DNA of 59,386 bases, filler included. It is 8 parts of 8 records of this genome, joined end to end, with 100 filler letters (N's around TTAATTAATTAA, not from the genome) between each part and the next. Parts side by side here need not be neighbours in the genome. Positions count along the whole stretch, not along the records: positions 28,156 to 34,633 come from SRR31156797_31908; positions 34,734 to 41,325 come from SRR31156797_31915; positions 41,426 to 48,418 come from SRR31156797_31928; 5 more parts are not named here. One strand, written 5' to 3'. Both the position numbers and the translations under genes were made by a program. The notes beneath the pieces were generated by a model. The model saw only the letters and a program-made list of their open reading frames with translations. It was not told the origin of the DNA and ran no database searches. Below, one piece after another: positions 30,638 to 41,623 of this stretch (the first letter of the stretch is position 1; each line of letters begins with the position of its first letter).

Positions 30638-31711
30638 CTATTTTTTACCGGTTTGAATGGGAAGAGCCTTTCCGTCCAGAGAAAGGAAAGGAAGTGTCTT
30701 TTGGGCCGCATCATCGGAAAGAATCACTTTCTCTATGCTCGGATAGGAAAGGATGTTTTGCATGGTTTCAAGGTACATACGTTTAACCGTGATGTCCTTG
30801 GCCTTTCGGTATTCCTTGTACACAGCCATGAAACGCTTGGCCTGCCCTTCTGCAAGGCGGATTTTGGATTCCTTGTAGGCTTCCGCTTTGTTAACCATGA
30901 CCGCTGCTTGACCTCTTGCCTTGGGCAGAATGTCGTTGCGGTAGGCTTCCGCTTCGTTGATGTAACGGCTTTTGTCCTCACGGGCGGATGCTACGTCCTT
31001 AAAGGCGTCCACAACCTCGTTCGGCGGATGCACGTTCTGCAGTTGCACTGCCAGCACATTTACACCGAGTTTGTAGCGGTCCACAATGGTCTGCAACAAG
31101 TCTCGGGTTTCAGTCTGAATCTGAAGCTTACCGGTGGTCAGGGCCAGTTCGATCTTGGTTTTACCTATGATCTCACGCATGGCCGCCTCAGCAGCATCCT
31201 GAATGGTTTTAGGCTGGTTGCTGACTTCGAAAAGATAGTTCACCGGATCTTTGATCTGGTATTGCACGATGAACTGAACATCAACAATGTTCTCGTCACC
31301 GGTCAGCATGAGGGATTCCTCCGGCACGTTGCGCGACTGACCTTGGGTAAAGGAGCGCGAAGAACCATAGGAACGGAAACCCACTTCCACACGTCTAATC
31401 TGCGTGACTTTAGGCTTCATGACCGATTCAATGGGAATCGGAAGGTGGTAATGCGGTCCGGGTGTCGTGGTATCCACGTACTTACCGAATCTGGTTACCA
31501 CACCGACTTCATCCGGTTCTACAATGTATACTCCGGAAAGAAACCAGAGCAGGATGATGCCGATGATAATAAATTTTCCGCCCGGCAAGCCGGTTCCGCG
31601 GAGTTTTTTGATAGTGGAGTTGATATCGTCCACATTCGGCGGTTTCGGTGCTCCTCCTCCGCCTTTGTTCCTCTGCCGTTGTTCGGATAATTTGTCCCAG
31701 TCCCAGTTCAT
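30638..31711 (-). CDS. hflK: FtsH modulator HflK
   Basis: MNWDW start, MLTGDENIV, AFKDVASARED, RMYLETM. Confidence 0.93.
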   Translation of the reverse strand: MNWDWDKLSEQRQRNKGGGGAPKPPNVDDINSTIKKLRGTGLPGGKFIIIGIILLWFLSGVYIVEPDEVGVVTRFGKYVDTTTPGPHYHLPIPIESVMKPKVTQIRRVEVGFRSYGSSRSFTQGQSRNVPEESLMLTGDENIVDVQFIVQYQIKDPVNYLFEVSNQPKTIQDAAEAAMREIIGKTKIELALTTGKLQIQTETRDLLQTIVDRYKLGVNVLAVQLQNVHPPNEVVDAFKDVASAREDKSRYINEAEAYRNDILPKARGQAAVMVNKAEAYKESKIRLAEGQAKRFMAVYKEYRKAKDITVKRMYLETMQNILSYPSIEKVILSDDAAQKTLPFLSLDGKALPIQTGKK

Positions 31712-32002
31712 GTAAATTTGATAGGTGAGATAGACCGACATATCAAGGAAAATCGGATATGAGGGCCGATATGTTAATGAAATAATAACTTTCGCACGAA
31801 CGTGAAGTCTCAGCGAGCGGGGAGAGTTATCAAGGTTTCCAGTGACGCATTAATAAATATACACAGATTATATCAATTTCCCCTAAAGATAAAACCCTAA
31901 AAGCAGAAAGCTTAAAATTATTTACTTTTACTGTTAAATTTTGACACACGTTAAATTAGCTTTTATCTGCTGGTTAGATCAAATGAACCTTGGCGGAGAT
32001 AT

Positions 32003-33373
32003 ATGATGAAGGAAATCAGGAAAGAAATATTTAGGGCCTACGATATTCGCGGAGTTGTGGGTCAGGATTTTGATGAGGAATGGGTTGAACGTCTGGGGCG
32101 GGCCTGTGGAACATGGTTCCGTTCTAAGGGATGGGATCGAGCCGTGTTGGGGCATGACTGCCGTCACAGTTCTCCGGCTTACCAGCAAGCCGTTGGACGG
32201 GGGTTGAATGCTGCAGGTGTGGATGTGCTTTCTCTCAATCTTATTCCTACTCCGGCATTATATTTTGCCGCAAAGAAACTGAACTACAAAGCCGGGGTGA
32301 TGATCACCGCCAGCCACAATCCTCCGGAATTCAACGGTTTCAAGGTTTGGGGTGGAGAGACCACAATCCACACTGACGAGATTCAGGAAATCTACAACAT
32401 AATGGAATCCGGCAATTTCGCTGAAGGCAGCGGTATGCTTTCTTATCACAATATAGTTCCTTATTATATTGAAAACCTGCTTTCGGACATCAAGCTCGAG
32501 CGTCCGGTCAAGGTGGTGCTGGATGGTGGTAACGGTGCCGGGGGGCATATCGCTCTTGAATTGCTTCGTCAGGCCGGGGCTGAAGTCATCCCACAATACT
32601 GCGAACCGGACGGGGATTTCCCCAACCATCATCCGGACCCGGTGGTTGCCGAATACATGGGGGATCTGTTCAAGGCCGTGGTCGAGCACGGGGCAGAAGT
32701 AGGCATCGGTCTTGACGGTGATGCTGACCGCATCGGTGCTGTGGATGAACAGGGCAGCCTTATTCCCGGAGATCGGCTTGTGGCTCTTTATGCCCGTGAA
32801 ATGCTGGATCGCAAGCCCGGTGAAACCGTGGTGGCGGACGTTAAATGCAGTCATTTACTTTTTGATGATATTGCCGAGCATGGCGGTAAGCCGCTCATGG
32901 CCCGTACCGGTCATTCGGTCATGAAGGCCAAGATGATTGAGACAGGGGCCGGACTCGGCGGCGAGATGAGCGGGCATATTTTCTTTTCTGACCGTTTCTA
33001 TGGTTTTGATGATGGTTTATATTCAGCCCTGCGTTTGCTGGAGATTCTTTCCCGCTCTAATGACCCTATTTCTGGCATGTGGGATGGGTGGCCGCAGACA
33101 TTCTTTACCCCGGAGCTGCGTGTTGAATATCCTGAAGAGATTAAATTTCAGTTGGTTGAAAGGGCGGCAGAGGAGCTAGCCAAGGACTACGAAGTCATTG
33201 ATATCGACGGGGTGCGTGTTGTCTTTGAGGGCGGTTGGGCTCTTGTGCGGGCTTCCAATACTCAGGCGGCTCTGACGATGCGTTTTGAAGCTTCTTCTCG
33301 AGAACAGCTTGCGAAGGTAAAGGCTAGTGTTGAAAACCTGCTTGAATGCTTGGCTGCGGAGCTTTGCGCATAG
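32003..33373 (+). CDS. Phosphomannomutase/phosphoglucomutase
   Basis: IFRAYDIRG, ITASHNP, DGDADR, GEMSGH, RASNT. Confidence 0.93.
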   Translation: MMKEIRKEIFRAYDIRGVVGQDFDEEWVERLGRACGTWFRSKGWDRAVLGHDCRHSSPAYQQAVGRGLNAAGVDVLSLNLIPTPALYFAAKKLNYKAGVMITASHNPPEFNGFKVWGGETTIHTDEIQEIYNIMESGNFAEGSGMLSYHNIVPYYIENLLSDIKLERPVKVVLDGGNGAGGHIALELLRQAGAEVIPQYCEPDGDFPNHHPDPVVAEYMGDLFKAVVEHGAEVGIGLDGDADRIGAVDEQGSLIPGDRLVALYAREMLDRKPGETVVADVKCSHLLFDDIAEHGGKPLMARTGHSVMKAKMIETGAGLGGEMSGHIFFSDRFYGFDDGLYSALRLLEILSRSNDPISGMWDGWPQTFFTPELRVEYPEEIKFQLVERAAEELAKDYEVIDIDGVRVVFEGGWALVRASNTQAALTMRFEASSREQLAKVKASVENLLECLAAELCA

Positions 33374-33473
33374 CAACCATTTTTACATGAAAGCAAATAC
33401 TTGATACCATCAGTACTTGAAGGTAAATCTTCTACCCTGATTTAAATACATCAAGCTTAACAAGGTATGATTT

Positions 33474-34043
33474 ATGGCATTGATTTTAAAGCCCCACGGA
33501 AAGACCGGTAAAGAAAGATTCTTCAGAATGATCGGGATGACTATAATCTTCGGCCTGGTAGTGTACGCTTTCTGGATGAACAACCAGTCCACGCTGGAAA
33601 AGATACAAGCTCGTAATGCCCTTTGGGATCAGACTAAGGTTTTGGATAAGTCGGAGCGGGATTTCATTCAAGGGTTCATCAGAAGCATGCGTTCAGAATT
33701 CGGAGTAAAGGTCCGTGTTCAGATTATTCTCGACCCGGTTACTGAGCAGGAAGTAGATCCCAAAGAATTGCTGATCGTGATCTCCCCACCTACTCAGGAT
33801 GTAGGTATGCATTTTCCAGGTCTTGTACGTCATGCCTTGGGCAAAGAATTTATATCCGAGCTTGAAAATAAACATTTTGAAAACCATTATTCTGATGAGG
33901 AGTGGCCTGCATCGCTCATGACCTGCCTATCCATGATCTGGGAGCGGCTGGTCAATGTTGAGTCCGACCAGTCCGTCCCTGAAGTACATACGGATGAAAA
34001 CGATAGCTTGCCTGATCCTGAATCATCAGCCCATGAGGAATAA
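33474..34043 (+). CDS. Membrane-anchored hypothetical protein (possibly TPM-like)
   Basis: Single N-terminal TM helix followed by a soluble domain; in line with rnhA. Confidence 0.6.
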   Translation: MALILKPHGKTGKERFFRMIGMTIIFGLVVYAFWMNNQSTLEKIQARNALWDQTKVLDKSERDFIQGFIRSMRSEFGVKVRVQIILDPVTEQEVDPKELLIVISPPTQDVGMHFPGLVRHALGKEFISELENKHFENHYSDEEWPASLMTCLSMIWERLVNVESDQSVPEVHTDENDSLPDPESSAHEE

Positions 34044-34051
34044 AGTAATTA

Positions 34052-34516
34052 ATGTCTAAGAAGAAACTTACCATTTATACGGACGGTTCCTGCCTCGGAA
34101 ATCCCGGCAAGGGCGGTTACGGTGCCGTTCTTCTGTTCAACGAGCACCGCAAGGAACTTTCTCAGGGGTACAAGAAGACTACCAACAACCGCATGGAAAT
34201 GCGTGCGGTAATCGCGGCCCTGACGGAGCTCAAGGAACCTTGCGAAGTAGTTCTGTACACCGATTCCCAGTACGTGAAGAATGCCTTTACCAAGAAGTGG
34301 ATCGATAATTGGCAGAAAAACGGTTGGAAAACCGCAGCCAAGAAGCCGGTTAAGAACAAGGACCTTTGGTTGCAGTTCATTCCCTTGCTGGAGAAGCATG
34401 ACGTGACTTTCCGCTGGGTTAAAGGTCATTCCGGTGACCCGGAAAATGAACGCTGTGACGATTTGGCCCGTACGGCAGCATCGTCAATTGATTTGATTGT
34501 AGACGAAGGTGCTTAA
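34052..34516 (+). CDS. rnhA: Ribonuclease HI
   Basis: [46 protein letters not shown]. Confidence 0.96.
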   Translation: MSKKKLTIYTDGSCLGNPGKGGYGAVLLFNEHRKELSQGYKKTTNNRMEMRAVIAALTELKEPCEVVLYTDSQYVKNAFTKKWIDNWQKNGWKTAAKKPVKNKDLWLQFIPLLEKHDVTFRWVKGHSGDPENERCDDLARTAASSIDLIVDEGA

Positions 34517-34553
34517 AATTTTGATGCGCTTCCCGCTTTTGATATTTTGATTT

Positions 34554-34593
34554 CGCCTCTGGCGGCCAAAGGAAATAATCCCCTTTGGAATCC
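34554..34593. repeat. Short intergenic palindromic element (REP-like)
   Basis: GCCTCTGGCGGC-CAAAGG-loop-CCTTTGG-AATCCC resembles intergenic repeats I recall from Desulfovibrionaceae. Only one copy is present here. Confidence 0.4.
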
Positions 34594-34633
34594 CTAATAA
34601 TTTAAAAAGGGTTGGAAGATTAATCTTCCAACC

Positions 34634-34733
34634 NNNNNNNNNNNNNNNNNNNNNNNNNNNNNNNNNNNNNNNNNNNNTTAATTAATTAANNNNNNNNNNN
34701 NNNNNNNNNNNNNNNNNNNNNNNNNNNNNNNNN
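34634..34733. other. Artificial contig spacer 4
   Basis: N44-TTAATTAATTAA-N44. Confidence 0.98.
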
Positions 34734-35026
34734 TAGTCTGGTGGATGATACGGATGAGATATCTTCAAAATAAATTGCCACCAAATGCTCAATTAATTTG
34801 CGACATCTGGAATGCTGTTGAAGGGAATAAAGACACGAAAATTTAATGGATCATAACCTTTTCAATTACTATTTAAAGAGTCTCTGAGCAGTTGAGAGGG
34901 TAGCTAATTTGCTGGCCATGAAGAGCTCATTTTTTGAAGTTAAATGCAGCCACTGCAAGCATCAAATTGATGCTATCACCAATAGTGCAATAGAGGACAT
35001 GTAATGGCCACTTTACATGTTAAAAA

Positions 35027-36106
35027 GTGTACGAATTCATTCAATCTAAATATTTTCAAGGGTTGATTGAAGGGTTCTCGTCAGGGGTTGCTATCATCAA
35101 CTCCGCCGGAATCATTTATATTTTCAATGAAGCTGCCGCTTCAATTATCGGCACTCCTAAAGAACGCGCTCTTAAGCGCCCATGGTCTGAGGTTTTCTCT
35201 GGGATTCAAAACCAAAAACAACTCAAGACGCTGATCGAGCAGACTATCAGTGTTACCCACTTCAGCTCAACTCTTGATACCCGTTTGACCGGCCTCGATG
35301 GACGGTTGAAATTTCCGACTATTTCCGCCTCAAAACTAATCTATTTTGACAAACTATTTGGTATCGTCCTGGAGATAAACGATGTGTCCTACATTTATGA
35401 AATGCATGCCCATGAAGAGGAGATATTGCTGGAAAGATCGGAAGCGTTGCAGAAGATGTCTATGGCGGTAGCCCATCAGTTCCGCAACCCATTGTCTGTT
35501 GTTGGCGGTCTGGTGAGCCGATTACAGAAAAAGGGAGCACACCAATCACAGCTTGAAGAATATTTCCAGACTATCAGAGGCGGAATCAGCAGGATGGAGG
35601 CCATTGTCGAGGCCACCTATCAGTATAATCAACTCAGCATTGATCGGCTCCAGCCGGTACAACTTCATCTATTCATCCGACAGATTCATGAACAGGTAGT
35701 TGAGCTGTTGGCTGAGAGGAATGCCCTTCTTGACTGGAAAATTGGCCTGGATGAGGTGACGGTGCCGGTTGATCCACGACTCTTTGAACAGGCGGTTCGG
35801 GAAATATTGCTTAATGCTGCGGAGCCCTGCGATTCATCAGGGGCCCAGATAACAATAAGAGGAAGCAGAGAGGCATCTTTTTATCGTATCACAATAATGG
35901 ATAATGGAATATCCATCGGTGAGAAAGAATTTCCGTTCATCTTCGATCCGTTTTATACAACCAATCCACAGAAAACCGGGATGGGGCTTTGTATGGTGAA
36001 ACGTATCATAGAACTGCATGCTGGTCAGGTGGCTATAAAAAACAATGCTGAGCAGGGAGTTTCCGTTCACCTCCAACTTCCCCTGAAGTCTGCTTTAGAA
36101 GAGTAA
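35027..36106 (+). CDS. PAS-domain sensor histidine kinase
   Basis: PAS (NEAAASIIG), H-box VAHQFRNPL, N-box EILLNA, DNG, FDPFYTT, GMGL. Confidence 0.88.
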   Translation: MYEFIQSKYFQGLIEGFSSGVAIINSAGIIYIFNEAAASIIGTPKERALKRPWSEVFSGIQNQKQLKTLIEQTISVTHFSSTLDTRLTGLDGRLKFPTISASKLIYFDKLFGIVLEINDVSYIYEMHAHEEEILLERSEALQKMSMAVAHQFRNPLSVVGGLVSRLQKKGAHQSQLEEYFQTIRGGISRMEAIVEATYQYNQLSIDRLQPVQLHLFIRQIHEQVVELLAERNALLDWKIGLDEVTVPVDPRLFEQAVREILLNAAEPCDSSGAQITIRGSREASFYRITIMDNGISIGEKEFPFIFDPFYTTNPQKTGMGLCMVKRIIELHAGQVAIKNNAEQGVSVHLQLPLKSALEE

Positions 36107-36354
36107 GGGGAGATAACTACTCAATAAGCTTGCCTGCACCTTTTGAAAAATATTACAAAATTATCCCGCATTGAGCTTTGATAAAAACAAGTAGTGCAAT
36201 GATAAAGCACCTTCCAATATCTGATCGATCATTTTTTCACACAAGTTTTACACCATCCTTAAAAAAGGCGTATAAATAGTAGATTTATCCGGTTTAGGAT
36301 AGCGATCACTCTCGGACGCTATCAATAAATTCAGTTTTGCAAGAGGTTGTTCAT

Positions 36355-38319
36355 ATGACCACTGATTCCTTTGCCAATCATTTAACAGGCCCTAAATATC
36401 TGACTGATCGTGCACGCTGGAGTAAAGAGCAAATTGAGGCACTGATCACCGAATTAGATCATATGAGAACAGAGATGCTTCAGCTTGAAACTGCTTTTGA
36501 CCATCTCCTACAGGAACTCCCACAGGAGAGAAGGGCTGGTGCCCGTAACCTCCTACACTATATTGCCTTACGCAACAAGGACATCCGAACCCTACAGATG
36601 GAGCTTGTCCGTCGGGGGTTGTCTTCACTTGGACGCTGTGAGTCCCACGTTATTGCAAGTATTGATGCGGTACTCTCCATATTGCAGAATGTAAGTGGTA
36701 AGGCTGTTGAATTGTTATCCGAGGAAGCAAAACCAGCAACATTCACTGGGGGACGGGTGTTGATTGAAAAGAGTATCAGAGAACTTTTAGGCGCACGTCC
36801 TAATTATTCCGGGCCTGCGGTTATGGTGACCATGCCTTCAACAGCAGCGACTGATTACTCCTTTGTCCGCGACGTCTTGGAAGCTGGGATGGGGGTCATG
36901 CGGATCAATTGTGCCCATGACGATGAAGCAACATGGCTCGCCATCATTAACAACCTTAGAAAAGCCGAACAGGAGTTAGGCTATGGTTGCCGAATTGCAA
37001 TGGATTTAAGCGGTCCAAAAATCCGTACTGGACCGATTGAACCTGGAGAACAAGTACTGCATTGGCGGCCTAGAAGGGATGCCTTTGGTCGTGTTACCTC
37101 GGCTGCACGAATATGGATATCCACCATTCCACAGAAATCAACAGACGAAAATAACCCAGCTCCATATGTACTCGTCGATGTGGTACTGCCTGCCGATCCT
37201 TCCTGGCGGGTAATCGAAGAGGGTGATCAACTGCATTTCATAGATGCTGCCGGTCGCAAACGAAAATTACGCATTACCCAGAAAACTGATCAAGGGCTCT
37301 GGGCGGAAGCAAAACAGTCGACCTATGTTACCCCGGACACGGTTATGTCTCGTCAGAAGAGAGGCCAAAAACTGGCGGACACCAGTGTTGAATTCACCAT
37401 TGGTGATATTCTTTCCTTTCCCCGCTCCCTCGTTCTCCGCAAGGGTGACCGGCTAACCGTCACAAGCAGTGATATTTTAGGTCGACCAGCAAGATACGAT
37501 GAGCAAGGGCGATTGCTAAACAACCCCAGTATAGGCTGCACGCTTCCAGAAATTTTCCGTGATGTACGCAAAGGGCACCGAATTCTGTTTGATGATGGGA
37601 AGATTGCGGGAACTGTCCTCGAAGGCGATAACAGCCACCTAGTGGTTGAGATAACAAGGGCCAGGGACAGGGGAACTCGACTACGCTCAGACAAGGGAAT
37701 TAATCTGCCTGATACAGATCTGCAGCTTCCTGCTTTAACAGAAAAAGACATCAAGGATTTAAAATTCGTCACGCAACATGCAGACATCCTCAACTATTCC
37801 TTTGTCCGACGTAGCGACGACCTTGAACATCTGGAACGTGAGCTGCAACATCTTGGCAAAACGGATTTGGGTATTGTGCTCAAAATTGAGAACCGGCAGG
37901 CATTTGAGAACCTCCCGGTTTTACTTATAATGGCTCTTCGTAGTCGCGCCTCAGGTGTAATGATAGCCAGGGGGGATCTAGCTGTAGAGTGCGGCTGGGA
38001 GCGACTGGCAGAGTTGCAGGAAGAAATTTTATGGATGTGCGAAGCTGCTCATATGCCCGTTATTTGGGCGACCCAGGTTCTTGAAGGACTCGCAAAGAAG
38101 GGATTGCCCTCTAGAGCAGAAATTACGGATGCTGCCATGGGGGCACGAGCCGAGTGTGTTATGCTTAATAAGGGACCCAATATTGTCGACACGGTTCGTA
38201 CGTTACGGGATATTCTGGCAAGAATGCAAGAGCATCAAGTGAAAAAACGTCCCATGTTCCGACGGCTTGAAATGGTAGAAAGCCTTCTTAGTATGCGGGA
38301 TACGGTAAAAAGCTTGTAG
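36355..38319 (+). CDS. pyk: Atypical long pyruvate kinase (N-terminal extension, expanded B domain)
   Basis: RINCAHD, MDLSGPKIRT, LKIEN, MIARGDLAVE, WATQVLE, RAEITD, ECVMLNKG. Confidence 0.85.
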   Translation: MTTDSFANHLTGPKYLTDRARWSKEQIEALITELDHMRTEMLQLETAFDHLLQELPQERRAGARNLLHYIALRNKDIRTLQMELVRRGLSSLGRCESHVIASIDAVLSILQNVSGKAVELLSEEAKPATFTGGRVLIEKSIRELLGARPNYSGPAVMVTMPSTAATDYSFVRDVLEAGMGVMRINCAHDDEATWLAIINNLRKAEQELGYGCRIAMDLSGPKIRTGPIEPGEQVLHWRPRRDAFGRVTSAARIWISTIPQKSTDENNPAPYVLVDVVLPADPSWRVIEEGDQLHFIDAAGRKRKLRITQKTDQGLWAEAKQSTYVTPDTVMSRQKRGQKLADTSVEFTIGDILSFPRSLVLRKGDRLTVTSSDILGRPARYDEQGRLLNNPSIGCTLPEIFRDVRKGHRILFDDGKIAGTVLEGDNSHLVVEITRARDRGTRLRSDKGINLPDTDLQLPALTEKDIKDLKFVTQHADILNYSFVRRSDDLEHLERELQHLGKTDLGIVLKIENRQAFENLPVLLIMALRSRASGVMIARGDLAVECGWERLAELQEEILWMCEAAHMPVIWATQVLEGLAKKGLPSRAEITDAAMGARAECVMLNKGPNIVDTVRTLRDILARMQEHQVKKRPMFRRLEMVESLLSMRDTVKSL

Positions 38320-38816
38320 CTGTATAATGCTGTATCATGGTCGTCAGGATCAGCTTATTTTCCAGAATCAATAGTCAAGAATACCAAAAGTTAACCGAGA
38401 TTGTAAGGGCCTGACTTTGTTAACTTTTTCATGTTTGCCCTCTTGCTAAATACTAATTTCCCAAACTTAGCTGTCTTCTAACTCAATGAAATTTCATTGG
38501 TAAAGTCATTTATAGTACACCTTGATAACCTTTACAACTTACCCTTGTCGGTCAAGTAAAATAAGCAACAGGCAGATACTACCAGTATAGCAATTCGTGC
38601 ATGCAACGAGCTTGGTTACTCACAAGAGAGGTCGTAACTACGGGCAAAAGATGCATAGAATAACAACATCTTGTGCAGGACATCTTCTCTTTCCCCTCTC
38701 CCTTTTCTAATCCTTTCTAAATGGTACAAAAATAATTCTATGTTCTTTTGCCTGAATGGCCCCTGAAGGTTTGCATTCGTTTTGCTTTATCTATTGAAAG
38801 AGGAAAGGAGCAGCTC

Positions 38817-40226
38817 ATGTTTTTCTTAAAAAGACAGGAAGTCCCTGTTAAAGGGTACCTGTTTATCGCCTTGTTGGTGTGTACCAATCTCCTGCTCTGG
38901 CTCATTTGCTTAAACAGCAGTTCATTTTTTTTTATAAGCCAAAAACAACTCTATGGTGAAATCCTCGGGTCAACGGGATTAACGCTGCTCTTCAGCGTTG
39001 TTTTACTTGCCTCCCGGCTGAAACCTCTTGAGCAATTCTTTGACGGCCTTGACCGCATGTATGTGGTCCACAGGCACCTGGCCATAGCAACAATTGCCAC
39101 TGTATACCTTCATTCCCGGGTCATAAGTGATTTATCTGGTATAAAAGAGGGAGTGGCAGGGAGCCTTGGCGGCACCTCCCTTGATCTGATGCTGTACCTG
39201 TCCATCTGGGCCCTTTTTCCAAGGATTTGTCGCTGGCTCACCCCTATCGCTGGGTACCTTCCAACCAAATTCCCTGCTGCCGGGCAGAAAACAACCTCGC
39301 TTGTTTCTTCAGGTAGGGCACCCTTTAGTTTTTTCCTCAGTACATGGGACTTCCTGAAAACTCGGTACCGAATATGGCAACTCGGGCATAAAATAATGTG
39401 GATCGCCTTTTTGTTGGCAACCACCCATGTACTTCTAGTGGAGAGCTATGCCAGAAGGCAACCATTGCTCCTTTCATTTTATGTAGCCATCACAGCAGTT
39501 GGAGCGCTTGTTTTTGGACTGAAATACTTTGGCAATACGTTGACCAAAAAAAAGGTTATCTATTCGGTTAATCAGATTCTTCGCCCCAGTAGTGACATTA
39601 TGATGCTTACCATGGCGCCTACAAGTGCTGGAATCAGCTATCATTCGGGCCAATTCGCCTTTCTTCACTTCCCCTTGATTAAAGGGCTTAATGATCCCCA
39701 CCCGTTCACCTTAACCTCTAACCCAACAGATTCCACAATCAGTATGACCATTAAAACTGGAGGGGATTTTACCAGGCAACTCAAATCAGGTCTTTCCGTT
39801 GGGTCAAAGGCCGTTATTGAGGGTGGATATGGCTGTTTTGATTTTACTAAAGAAAAAAGAAATCAGGTTTGGATTGCCGGTGGAATAGGTATAACGCCTT
39901 TTATAAGCTGGTTGAACTCCCTTGATCAATTAAGTGTAAATAAGGTTGATCTCTTCTACTCAATGAAAAGCAGTAGTGAGTACTTGTACGCTGAAACCCT
40001 TGAAAAATGGACCTATCCCCAATCCCCTGTAACGATTCATCTCGTCGATACCAGTGTAGAACAACGATTGTCAGTCTCAACGATCTTCGGCAAATGTGAG
40101 GCACCACATGAGAGAGCATTCTTCCTCTGTGGTCCTGAGCAAATGGTTGGTTCTTTATATAAGCAACTCCGGCAAACAGGTATTCCGGAGAAAAGAATTC
40201 ACTACGAGTTTTTCCAGTTCAGGTAA
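38817..40226 (+). CDS. Ferric reductase-like transmembrane protein with FAD/NAD-binding domain
   Basis: GLDRMYVVHRHL, HPFTLTS, EGGYG, IAGGIGITPF, FLCGP, IHYEFFQFR. Confidence 0.85.
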   Translation: MFFLKRQEVPVKGYLFIALLVCTNLLLWLICLNSSSFFFISQKQLYGEILGSTGLTLLFSVVLLASRLKPLEQFFDGLDRMYVVHRHLAIATIATVYLHSRVISDLSGIKEGVAGSLGGTSLDLMLYLSIWALFPRICRWLTPIAGYLPTKFPAAGQKTTSLVSSGRAPFSFFLSTWDFLKTRYRIWQLGHKIMWIAFLLATTHVLLVESYARRQPLLLSFYVAITAVGALVFGLKYFGNTLTKKKVIYSVNQILRPSSDIMMLTMAPTSAGISYHSGQFAFLHFPLIKGLNDPHPFTLTSNPTDSTISMTIKTGGDFTRQLKSGLSVGSKAVIEGGYGCFDFTKEKRNQVWIAGGIGITPFISWLNSLDQLSVNKVDLFYSMKSSSEYLYAETLEKWTYPQSPVTIHLVDTSVEQRLSVSTIFGKCEAPHERAFFLCGPEQMVGSLYKQLRQTGIPEKRIHYEFFQFR

Positions 40227-40245
40227 CCTCCTATTGCATCCTATC

Positions 40246-40745
40246 TCACTGAATGCAATCAATTGCCAAAAAGTAACCAGCCTGACCATGCGCTATTTCT
40301 TCTTTGATAAAAAAAAACGGTCTCCTAATACGCAGGTCGCCTCGTCGATTACCGCCAAGCGATATATAGAGATAATCTCGCAACCAGGAAGACAAAGAAA
40401 TATGCCAGCGCTGCCAGAGATCAGAAAAACCAATTGCACCATAAGGAAAGCGAAAATTGTCGGGAAGGACAAAAACAAAGGTCATTGCAACTCCGATAGC
40501 ACACAGTGAATACCCGGAAAAATCAAAAAACACCTGACCTGCGAAGCCGAATACACCACTCCAGGCATCCATGCTTCCAGCGTCTTCCGGATTGGTAAAG
40601 ACGGTATCGCTAATCGGAGCCAACACGGTGTCGGCAAGGATCACCTTTTCAAAAAGCCCGATCACTAGTAATGACAATCCTCGACCCATTTGATAGGGAG
40701 TCGCTCTCTTTGGCTCCAGACACTGCGGCAGGAAATCAGTGGGAT
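40246..40745 (-). pseudogene. Internal fragment of an AlgI/DltB-type MBOAT O-acyltransferase
   Basis: GLFEKVILAD...QVFFDFSGYS...NFRFPY....SDLWQRWHISLSSWLRDYLYISLGGNRRG. The N-terminus and the C-terminal catalytic His region are missing. Confidence 0.75.
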
Positions 40746-41005
40746 GGCGGGCAATCTGTAATAAAGAAACTGGAAGAATTAAATGCGTCTGAAGATATTG
40801 TTGTCATGTATACCGATCAGAAAAAAGGGCTTAATTCCTAAAGTAAAAGCACTAAGTCATAATGAATGTTGTACTTCCAGGCATATACGACTCAGCAGGA
40901 ATTCTAAATTGGGAATTGCTATTAAGCGGCCTCAAAGTTGAACATCACTTTTCAGTACCCGCACACCCTCTTGACATCCGTTTTTTTTAAAGCTAGTCTT
41001 TAAAA

Positions 41006-41325
41006 ATGATGGATAAAAAGCGATTTCTTGCCCAGAAAATTGTAACCTTTTTGGAAATGTTTCCAGCCGTAGCTGTTATTGGACCTAGGCAATGCGGAAA
41101 ATCCACATTGGTTAAAGCTGTATGCCCGGACTGGAAATATTATGACCTTGAAAGGCCTGATGATTACCAGCTTATTACCAGTGATCCTTTAGGTTTTTTT
41201 TCAAGACACCGAGAAAACCTCATTATCGATGAGGCACAACAATACCCTGATCTGTTTGGGGTATTGCGTGGAATTATAGATCAGGACAGAAACGACTGCG
41301 GCCGTTTTCTGCTCACTGGATCAAG
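41006..41325 (+). CDS. AAA_14/DUF4143-type ATP-binding protein, 3' truncated
   Basis: GPRQCGKSTL, IIDEAQ, FLLTGS. Confidence 0.85.
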
Positions 41326-41425
41326 NNNNNNNNNNNNNNNNNNNNNNNNNNNNNNNNNNNNNNNNNNNNTTAATTAATTAANNNNNNNNNNNNNNNNNNN
41401 NNNNNNNNNNNNNNNNNNNNNNNNN
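41326..41425. other. Artificial contig spacer 5
   Basis: N44-TTAATTAATTAA-N44. Confidence 0.98.
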
Positions 41426-41465
41426 CAACGGAATAATCCTTATTGTGAATTGCTTAGATTGTATG
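41426..41465 (-). ncRNA. tracrRNA, 5' part (truncated by the contig end)
   Basis: Minus strand reads CATACAATCTAAGCAATTCACAATAAGGATTATTCCGTTG. It shares ATACAATC with the repeat at 48411-48418, resembles Bacteroidota II-C tracrRNAs, and has a TACATTTG -7 box at 41469-41476. Confidence 0.8.
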
Positions 41466-41623
41466 AGGCAAATGTACATATTTTTGACGTGTAAGAAAAA
41501 ATAATTAAAAAAATCCTGTTAATCCCGGGCGAACTCCTGATTACCCAAAGCCACTAAGCTTTTTTACCGCAGAGGTAACGGAGAAGCCGCAGAGGTAGCG
41601 GATCAAAACGTAAATCAAAAACT

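Noticed and set aside
34958-34974. Palindrome AGCATCAA-A-TTGATGCT upstream of the PAS kinase
   Set aside because: Single occurrence; the orientation and spacing do not match an FNR box (TTGAT-N4-ATCAA), and no cognate regulator is visible.
41555-41602. CCGCAGAGGTA direct repeat upstream of cas9
   Set aside because: Only two short copies, unrelated to the CRISPR repeat; no function can be supported.
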